Shown here piece after piece: positions 40,308 through 64,000 of a DNA stretch of 64,000 nt (within the stretch, counting starts at the first letter, position 1; the number at the start of each line of letters is the position of its first letter). A program made the translations under genes and the position numbers. The DNA is from Bugula neritina (lineage: Eukaryota > Animalia > Bryozoa): the NCBI GenBank assembly GCA_964035545.1, contig OZ037770.1:8128973-8192972 (forward strand), given 5' to 3'. The notes under the pieces are model-generated. The model saw only the letters and a program-made list of their open reading frames with translations. It was not told the DNA's origin and searched no databases.

Positions 40308-43180
40308 TCAAGCATGTGATTCAATAGCTAGTAGCTCCAGGGCAATTCTGTGATTGGTTTTAGGCAAGCTTTTAGTCATGACATCGGCAGGGTTCTCTGC
40401 TCCTCTGATGTGTTGGTACGCTATGGTGGTTTGCTCTCTGACAAAGTGGAATCTAATGTCAATGTGTTTGCTCCTCTGATGTGAGTATGGTTGTCCCTTG
40501 GTGAGGGCAATGGCTCCAAGGTTGTCAGTGAAAAGTGTGTTAGGGTTAGGCTGTTTCATCTTGAATGTTTTGCACAAAGTCTGTAGGAATAGCATCTCCT
40601 TTGTAGCTTCGGCTAATGCCATGTATTCGGCCTCGCATGATGATAAGGCCACTGTGGGTTGTCGTCGGCTGTTCCAACTTATAGGGGCTCCACCCAGTGT
40701 GAATACATATCCTGTAGTTGATCTTCGTGTAGAGGTTTCTCCGCCCCAATCTGCATCCACATAGCCCACTAGTTCTTGTTGATTGGGAGTGAATCTCAGA
40801 TTGAATCCTTTTGTACCTTTAAGGTATCGTAGCAGCCGCTTCAAGGCAGCAATACGTGCAGGTCCAGGTCTTTCTAGGTGTTGGGAGAGCTTCCCAATGA
40901 TCCATGCTAGGTCTGGACGTGTGGCGGTCATTAGGTATATGAGAGAACCTATAACTTGTCTGTAGGGGTAGTCCTTTGAACGCTCATATTCGTCGTCTGT
41001 TGCTTTTTCTAGTTGTAAGTCCTTTTCAGCAGGGGTATATACAGGGTTGCAATCTGCCATATTGTAGGTGTTCAGCAGCGTGTCTATGTAGCGCTCCTGT
41101 GACATAGTGTACTGGTCCTCATGTCTCCTGAAGTCTATCCCCAGGAACCAGCTTAATTCTCCTCTATCATCCATGTTGAATTTTTGTTGCATCATAGATT
41201 TGGTTTGTGTGATTCTGTTGTCGTCTCGGCAGCAGAGAAGGATGTCATCAACCCAGAAAAGAATGATGATGTTGGCTGATTTATCTAAAGGGTCCTCTTT
41301 TGAGTATAGACAAGGGTCTCCAGCACCAGGTGTGAAGCCTTGCTCCTTGAGGAAAGTGGTCAGTGTTTGGTGCCAATTGCGTCCGCTTTGCTTGAGGCCA
41401 TAAATGGATTTGTTGAGACGACAAGAAAGCTTCCCTTGTTTGTTGGTTTCTTCGTACCCTTCAGGCTGTTGTAGATAAATTTCCTTATCGATTGGTGCGT
41501 TTAGGTACGCTCCTTTAACATCTAGTTGATGTATTTTCATGTTTTCATTTGCTGCTTTCTGTAACAGCAATCTGATGGATGTGAATCTGGTGGTTGGACT
41601 GTAAGTTTCTTCATAGTCAACTCCTTGTATTTGTGAAAATCCTTTTGCTACATATCTAGCTTTATGTTGAGTTTCACCTGGCGTTTTTCCCTGTTTGAGG
41701 GTATAAACCCATCTGCCCTTGGTCTCTGTCCTGTCTTCAGGTAGCGGCTGGATAGACCAGGTGTTTGAATCACGTAGGGTGTTTATTTCCTTGTCCATGG
41801 CTTTCTTCCAGGCTTCTTTATCTTTTGAATTTACAGCTTCTTGGTAGGACTGTGGTATGTTTGCCATCAGTGAGCAAGCATAGTCAGTGTCTTCTATGTC
41901 ATAGTCCTGTAGGTATGTAGGAGGCTTTCGTTTCCGTTCCGATTTACGTGGTCCAGGTTGGTTGGTGGCCTTTGCCGGATCTGGTGCGGGTCCTTGTGGC
42001 ATGACGTTCATTGCGTCATTTCCGCATGTTTGTGCAGGTTCTTGTGGCATGGTATTCTGAGTACCATTTCTGCTGTTTTGTGCGGGTCCTTGTGGCATGA
42101 CGTTCATTGCGTCATTTCCGCACATTTGTGCAGGTTCTTGTGGCATGGTATTCTGAGTACCATTTCTGCTGTTTTGTGCGGGTTCTTGTGGCATGACGTT
42201 CATTGCGTCATTTCCGCATATTTGTGCAGGTTCTTGTGGCATGGTATTCTGGGTACCATTTCTGCTGTTTTGTGCGGGTCCTTGTGGCATGACGTTCATT
42301 GCGTCATTTCCGCATATTTGTGGTATGACATTTCTGGATGTAACAATTTTCTGATTAGGGGTAAGTATAAGGTAGCCTTGGGCCTTTGTGTTGACACCAA
42401 GATATATGCCGCTTTGTCCACGGTCACTGAGTTTTAACTTATTTCCCTCTGAGTAGAATGTGCATTGAGATCCAAAATTGTGAATTTTCCTCATGTCGGG
42501 TAGCGTGCCTGTGAATAACTCATAGGCTGTCTTTCCTGTTCGTCTCTGGTAGCTTCGGTTTCTTAGGTACTTGGCATGGTCAGCGGCAAAACTCCAGAAA
42601 GTCTTGGGGAGATTTGAATCTTTGAGTAGGCATCGTGCTGTGTCCATTATGGTGCGCCAAGTCCTCTCTGATTTACCATTCTGGTAGGATGAGTAGGGTG
42701 CTGTAGTGGTGTGTTTGATTCCCCTCTCACGTAGCACGGCTTCAAATGGCTGTCCAAGGTACTCCATGCCGTTGTCAGTATGGATCTCCTTCACATTTCC
42801 TATAGGTGCCACATCTGCAATGAATTGCTTAAGTGCGGTGGTGGCATCACTTTTGTGGCGTATATTGTAGGTGAACAACATACTGGAAAATTCATCTATG
42901 AAGTTTATTATGTAGTTTTGTCCTCCTCTAGCAGTTGGTGTGATGGGTCCGCATAAGTCAGAGTGTACACGTTGTAGAGGCTGTGTAGCTAGTTCAGGTT
43001 TATCGTCTTGTTTGTGAGGTTGTTTGGTGATTTTACTTTCGTCACATGACTTGCATGCAATTTTTAATTTTGCTCCAATTATGGTCATACCTGTTGTCAC
43101 TTTCTCCAGCTCAATTATGTCATTGGTGTTCATATGACCCAGTGCCCTGTGCCAATCGGGCAGCGATTTTGCGGTGTTCA
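40308..43180 (-). CDS. Copia pol: integrase, reverse transcriptase, RNase H
   Basis: WHRALGH..C..C, VHSDLCGP, TDNGMEY, NGKSER; KARYVAKGF, LDVKGAYL, YGLKQS, WVDD; DADW, EAEY, KHIDIRFHF, ADVMTK. Confidence 0.95.
41990..42325 (-). repeat. In-frame tandem repeat in Copia IN-RT linker (alternating 48-bp subunits, 96-bp unit x3.5)
   Basis: QICGNDAMNVMPQ(G/E)PA / QNSRNGTQNTMPQEPA. Confidence 0.93.
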
Positions 43181-43934
43181 CAGGATAGTTAAGGGCAACC
43201 TTTTAGCTGCAACTGCCTTGCTGAGGTTTGCATTGTAATCATATAAGAATTCAGTACCAGTAAAATAAAATCTCACCTAATTGTGCTAGAGTCAAAATTT
43301 AAAAACTATGTTGTAGATCTTCTTTTTCTCCAGTGTAAGTTTTTTGGAAATTTCAATTTTCATTTTTTTTGCGAAGTTATAGACAAAAAACTGCCGAATT
43401 TTGGCCAATTTTGCCTGAAAAGCTGACTTTTCAGTACCAGTAAAATATCTCAGCAGCAAAGCATGATATCTGAATAAAAATTGCACTGCTGGAATCCTGA
43501 GATATTTCTCCAGTGTAAGTTTTTTTCTTTTTTTAATAACTCTGCTAGATTGCTCATAAATTGGTGATTTATACACTGAAAATGCCATATTTTCTCATAA
43601 GAAACTAGCAACGCGCAGCGCTTCACGCTTCACTGAGCACGTAGGGATGAGAAGATATTGGCGCCTACATAATAATTACAGGCTAGCTAGCTGGCAGGCT
43701 ATAATGAATAGCTTGCTTTGTACTTTGTTTATGTAGCACCGATAATGGAATGTTGATAGATAACGCAGCCCTAACGAAGGTTGCTGCTTATTGGTTGTAG
43801 TTTAATCTTAGGCTAAACAATTACAAGTAGGCAACACGCATGCCACCCACAGAGCAATATTATTCAAGAACCCGAACTACATTTTGAGAGAAATTTATGA
43901 TATTCTTAGTGAGGATGCCCTTAACTATCCTGTG
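43179..43934. mobile_element. Non-autonomous TIR DNA transposon nested in Copia
   Basis: TIR (CA)CAGGATAGTTAAGGGCA(A/T)CCT; read either as CAC-termini with 2-bp TSD TT (CMC/EnSpm-like) or as 43181-43932 with 6-bp TSD TGTTCA; internal direct repeats ~180 bp apart. Confidence 0.9.
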
Positions 43935-45220
43935 TTCATTGAGTCACCTGTATGGGTTGTCTTGAAAAAGTACAATCTGCCTTTGGGCATGATTGGAAAA
44001 TTTGTCCTGTCGACTGTCAGTATATTTTTCTCTCTCGAGAAATGTACTTCTGCCCCTTTTTGTGTGGCGGCGTGGACTGAAAATAGGCTTGTTGGTATTG
44101 TTGGTGCTAGCAAAGCGTCTTTTAGATGAATTTGCTGCTCCATATTGTTGTCATCAGTAATGGTAAACTGTGCTGTGCCTTTGGCTACAGCCAGCTTGTT
44201 TGTTTTGCGACCATCTGCCATCTCTATGTAGTGGTTCTCAGGCGTGAAGCTCTTATCAAAATTAATGAAGTTGTTCTCATTGTTCACCAGATGACTTGTC
44301 GCTCCGCAGTCCACCATAAGCAACTGTCCTCCTTGAGATTTATTTTGTGTGGCTATGTTGCATTGGTTTGATGTATTCACAGTGAAGGCATATGTGGCAT
44401 TTGCCGATGAAATTTCAGTTTTACTTGTCTTCTTCTTTGTCCAGCAAACTGATTCGATATGTCCAGCTTTCTTGCAGTAGTTACAAATTAGTTTGTGCTT
44501 TGAGTAACAATCTGTTGTAGAATGATTGCTTTTACCACAAGCAGTGCACTGTTTATCACGTTTGTTAGTGGGTTTGAAATTGTCTCTTCCTTTAAATACC
44601 ATGGCTGTAGATTGAGAGCACCTTGCCGACTCAGTAAGGTCAAAGTTGGTTAGAGCTGCTTTGAACTCTGATAGGGTTTGGTTTTTGTCAAGTTGCGTAT
44701 GTACTACAACAAAAGGCTGGTAGGATGTTGGTAATCCTTTCATAATCATTGCGATCACCAAATTGTCACTAATATTTTCCCCAGCAGACTTGAGGCCTGC
44801 TGAGTAGTTCTCAGCACGAATCAGGTAATCTGTAATGTCTTCTGTATCATTCATTTTTACAGTTGTAAGTTGTTCGTAAAGAGTTAATATTCTAGGCTTT
44901 TGTGTACTTGCATAGTGTTCTTTTAGAATTTTGAATGCTTTTCTTCCATCGTCTTTGGCATCTCTCATCACAAGTTGAAGAGACTTTTCGTCTAAAACTT
45001 GTACAAGCTCAGCGTAAGCTCGCTTATTCTTTTTGTTGAAGTCAGCAGCGTTATCTTCTCCTTCTTCTTTGGGTAGAAGTGCGGTGTGTACTCCTTCATC
45101 TTGTGTGTACAAGTATGAAGTGAATCTTGTTTCCCAAATTGAGAAATTGTTTGAATCACCATCAAAGAGAAGCCTGTGTTTGAAGCCACTGGGCCCATAA
45201 CCTGTTGAATGTGTTGCCAT
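43933..45220 (-). CDS. Copia gag + protease
   Basis: FDG..NFSIWETRF; Zn knuckles CTACGKSNHSTTDC and CNYCKKAGHIESVC; protease VDCGATSH. Confidence 0.95.
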
Positions 45221-45865
45221 TGTATTTAGTATCTATTATGAAATACGTTATTGATTGCTGATTTAACTTATCGAGCAAACTGACTGACTGATTTAATTAT
45301 TTGATAATAAAATGTTTATTAGAATGAAAAACAGCGTGATGGTTTTGTATAATATAAAACGGAAGAGAGAGTAAACAAGTATACAGCGATTCTAGTAAAG
45401 CAATTAGTTAGCATATTGTCACGTGATTGTCATGAATGTGATTAGCGATAGGATCGCATGATTGTTTCTCAACAATAGTAAGATAGCATGCAGTAATAAA
45501 ACGTACAATAATATAATATATAGTAACATAGCTTACAGCATTTTAATATACCTATTGTGGCAAACAGTAATATAGAAAAGAGTAATATAAACTACAGTAG
45601 TGAGCATTTACAAAATAGTGGAATTGAGGATAACATCATAAATAGCAAAGAACTTAAAATTTACATGACCCAAAATGAGCTAAAGTTCAATATACAGGTT
45701 TGAGTACCAATCTTTTGTATTTTAAACTTTTTTGGCTGAGTACTAAATAAATACTAAATGAATAAATAGATGAATACTAAAGGGAAAATAATTTCTTCAA
45801 ACCTGCTGCCCTCTTATTGAATTTGTTACAGTTTCCTGGGCTATTTGGCATGTTGATAATTGCTG

Positions 45866-46098
45866 CTGTTATGTGAATAAGAGTAAGTACTGTTATGTGA
45901 CTAAGAGTAGGTAATGTTATGTGAATAAGAGTAGGTAATGTTATGTAAATAAGAGTAAGTACTGTTATGTGAATAAGAGTAAGTACTGTTGTATGAAGAA
46001 GAGTAAGTACTGTTATGTGACTAAGAGTAAGTACTGTAATATGAATAAGAGTAAGTATTGTTATGTGAGTAAGGGTAGACATTGTTATGTGAATAAGA
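45866..46098 (+). repeat. 24-bp minisatellite (~10 units) containing GTAAGT
   Basis: Unit GTAAGTACTGTTATGTGAATAAGA. Confidence 0.93.
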
Positions 46099-46150
46099 CC
46101 TAAAATGCCAGCCATTTTAATGTGTCTGTGCGGAAGTTTTTTTATCTAAC

Positions 46151-47340
46151 AGGAGCCCGCCGCAATTTGTTTGAATCAAGCAGTGCTTGATCCTGACATT
46201 GTACAAGAAGCTTAGACATTTGTAAAAATGGCTAATATTTGCTGTTACAGCGTACGGTACTACAACTGTGAATGAGGGGTTAGACACATTGTGCCATAAC
46301 GTAAAATGTGAGCCATTCTTACCAAGTTTTGAGCTTCCTGTACGGCATTGTGGTATGTCAGCATCAAGCACTGCTTGATTCAAACAACTTGTGGCGGGCT
46401 CCTATTGGAGAGGAAGACATTCACGTCAATTCATTGGATATAAGTGTTCAATGAGGTGTCATAGATCGTACCCAATAGCACATTTTGAGAGCTTTACCTT
46501 GGACACATGTTGTATTGGGATTTATAAGTATGTGTAGCTGTTTCCTCTTGTTGTTGCATGTGTTTGGGGTGCACAACTCTAAGATTAACATAGATATTAG
46601 ATATAGCGTGGGTGTGGCTTGTGTAAGTGTTGTAGCTATAGAACCTAGTGTAAATGGGAGAATTGAGAGAATGTAGACTGGTTGAGGAACGATTGAGGAT
46701 ATTTGTAGAGAATGTATGCGACCCAATTAGAGTGTGTTAGGGTACGTTAGTGAGTACTAGCCCAGGATCATAGACTGAGGAGCACCATCAGCCAACTATC
46801 CTAACCCGAAGTCTTAACTTCACCCCTACGGACAGACGGGAGCTGGAGTTACCTCGCAGCCAAGCCATTAACCAGTAACTGTACACTGACCCCAAGCTCA
46901 ACCAAAGGCTACAACATATATATTATTCGGTAAGTTTACGATACTCTAAATTGTAAAAACCCACCATTAGACACATAACCAATGGCTGGCATTTTACGTT
47001 ACGGCACACGATAAGTCAATTATCCCTCATTCACACTTTACTGCATCGTATGCCGTAACCTAAAATATCAGCCAGTTTTACAAATGTCTGAGCTTCTTGT
47101 ACAGTGCTAGGACTGTACAAGGACTGTACAATGCTAGGATCAAGCACTGCTTGATTCAAATAAGTTGCTGCAGGCTCCTATTGACAGAAAAACTTTTGCG
47201 TTAACTCTTTGGATATAACTGTTCAATGAAGTGCCATAAATCATACCTAATAGCGGACTTTGAAACTTCAGCTCGGACAATCTTAAGTTTGGCTGACATT
47301 TTATGTTACTGCGTACGATATGGCAAAGTGGGAATGAGGG
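46151..47340. repeat. Cluster of inverted and direct copies of an uncharacterised repeat
   Basis: 41-bp inverted repeat 46151-46191 / 46363-46403 with palindromic core ATCAAGCA-n-TGCTTGAT; further copy ~47060-47260. Confidence 0.7.
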
Positions 47341-48618
47341 GTTAGTGTGTCTAGGTGGTAAGCTAAAAACAACTATGGTATATGTATATAATATTATTGT
47401 GGATCATTTTGCAAGAGTAATTTGCCATTTTGGTCATTTTCTAATTTAGGAAACCATATATATTTAGACAGAAATAAAAAAGTACTATAAGTACTATAAT
47501 AGCAGGTACCATTACACCTTTGCTGTATTAGATTAGAATAGATCACCGAAACCACATAAATGTGTAATATTATTTGATACAAACTGTACATGTCTAAGCA
47601 CACTACACTTAATAAACCTTGTCTCAATGATGTTCCGTTGCAGTTTGCGTACTACTAAGTTGGGTGTTATTCGTGCTATACATTGTAAGGTTATGCGAAG
47701 AGCCAAACTAGTTAATCATTTAATAAGAGAACTGTGTTGTTAATCGATTACGCATGATAAAAAATCCGTAAAAGTATAAAAGAGAAACAGGTAAAATAGC
47801 TGAACCATTACATAAAGTCATCCTAGTTATTTACTAATAGTGTCTAAGACTGCTGTGGGCGCCGGAAGGCATTGCTTATATATACAGGGTGGATTCTGAT
47901 TTTATGACACAATATTCCAGCGGTGACATCCGTAGTTACTAACAGGGCACTGCATAGACATGCGGTAAGGGCTTGCGGAGTTGTCGTTCTTGACGTCCGT
48001 TTCACCATAATCTATAGTGGCATGTTTATCAGGGGACACTGGAGGGGGGGTATATATTTCTCCTAACCATTACAGTTCTTAAAAATTAGAAGTTGAATTT
48101 TAATAAGAAGTCGTTCACTAGATAGCATGTGTTAAAATCTATAAGACAATTGAGACCAGTTTTGATTGTAGTGTGCTTTGAATTTATAAATTATATATAA
48201 AATATTTTAGACTTACAAAAGCTGGCAATAATTAAATTATTTCAATATTTATCAACAGGGAATATCAGCAATAGAAGGCTACTCAGCAATGGAAATATTC
48301 TCATGAGCCATGTTGCAAATGTCTTAACAGTATAAAAATTGAAAGAAAAATATAAAAACACCTAGTAGAAGTAGACTATAGATGGCTGTAAACAATGTTA
48401 TATTGGTTCAATTTTATGTCTTGAACCTTTTCTCTGTTCATCTATTCTCAAACTTTATTTGCCCTACAAAAAGGTGACTAAGTTATTAAATACAGTGGGA
48501 CATTAGAGAAAAATGATGTTGAATGACTACTTAGAACTGATGAAATTAACAGATCAGCTTTTTAAATTGAACAGCAAGTTAAAACATTTGCACATGCTAA
48601 GCTGACATTTTGGTACAC

Positions 48619-63676
<15,058 letters not shown>

Positions 63677-64000
63677 TTTCGCCAACCGTTGGCCCCAAGC
63701 CAACCTCATTTGGGAGAGGGATCACAGGATGACTGAGAGGACCCCTACAGAGTCTGCCGATACTGAGTGGCAGGCACCTCCGAGATCTCGGAGACCGCAA
63801 GGTCTACCCGATCCTCCTGCCTGGCCACTCCGTGACAGGTTTGCGGAGTTGCCCGAGGAGGTTGTGAAGGAGGACTCAGATTACTTGCAAAAGTACCCCA
63901 AGCAACCCTCTCGATCTCAGAAAACCACTGTTGTCTCTAAAACAAAGAGGAGGCCCGCTGTGTGAACCCAAGTTATGTAACTCCCAGAGACTATCCGCTC
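63677..64000. mobile_element. Unidentified GC-richer sequence interrupting the FN3-A exon of gene B (probable TE insertion)
   Basis: Exon homology stops abruptly after GGGAAC (63676); composition shift; plus ORF 63729-63965 is low-complexity; other end outside window. Confidence 0.5.

Larger units (their letters stand above)
40029..45474 (-). mobile_element. Full-length Ty1/Copia LTR retrotransposon, very young, interrupted by a TIR element
   Basis: 272-bp LTRs 40029-40300 and 45203-45474, identical by eye, TG..CA ends; 5-bp TSD ATAGT; PBS GGTTATGGGCCCAG; PPT GAGGGGGCG; domain order gag-PR-IN-RT-RH. Confidence 0.97.

Noticed and set aside
36465-46115. ORFs at 36465-36914, 38703-39041 and 45777-46115
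   Set aside because: Products of stop-free minisatellite frames, not genes
46508-46916. TGTTGTA...TACAACA segment resembling a solo LTR
   Set aside because: Flanks (ACACA / TATAT) show no target-site duplication; unsupported
47394-47627. Hydrophobic ORF as possible first exon of gene A
   Set aside because: Region is homologous to the 3' flank of gene A (~10400), so it is gene B's downstream sequence; a better signal-peptide exon exists at 37723/38491

Overview
AT-rich animal (invertebrate-like) genomic DNA with spliceosomal introns; the species cannot be determined from sequence. Most of the window is two tandem, minus-strand paralogues (offset ~37.8 kb) of a single-PTP-domain receptor tyrosine phosphatase with many FN3 domains (R3/PTPRB-PTP10D-like architecture). 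Gene A (11027-37779) can be fully reconstructed by hand: 37 coding exons, ~2114 aa. Gene B (48619->63676) runs off the window. Both keep the [11 protein letters not shown]-loop but have KNRT instead of KNRY and WPS instead of WPD, plus Tyr-rich tails. Notable non-standard structure: (1) intronic minisatellites built from the genes' own exon-end + 5' splice site, including ~35 copies of the catalytic His-Cys/donor junction, with copy numbers differing strongly between paralogues; (2) an array of seven near-identical symmetric FN3 exons varying mainly in two loops, one with a dead donor; (3) a duplicated start-codon exon; (4) a 272-nt unit bounded by two intact type I hammerhead ribozymes (retrozyme-like) inside a gene B intron, plus two more hammerhead motifs beside a Penelope remnant. 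Mobile elements include a Gypsy 5' end, a decayed CR1-group LINE, a very young Copia interrupted by a TIR element, and several MITEs. All coordinates and translations were read by eye; no database search was run.
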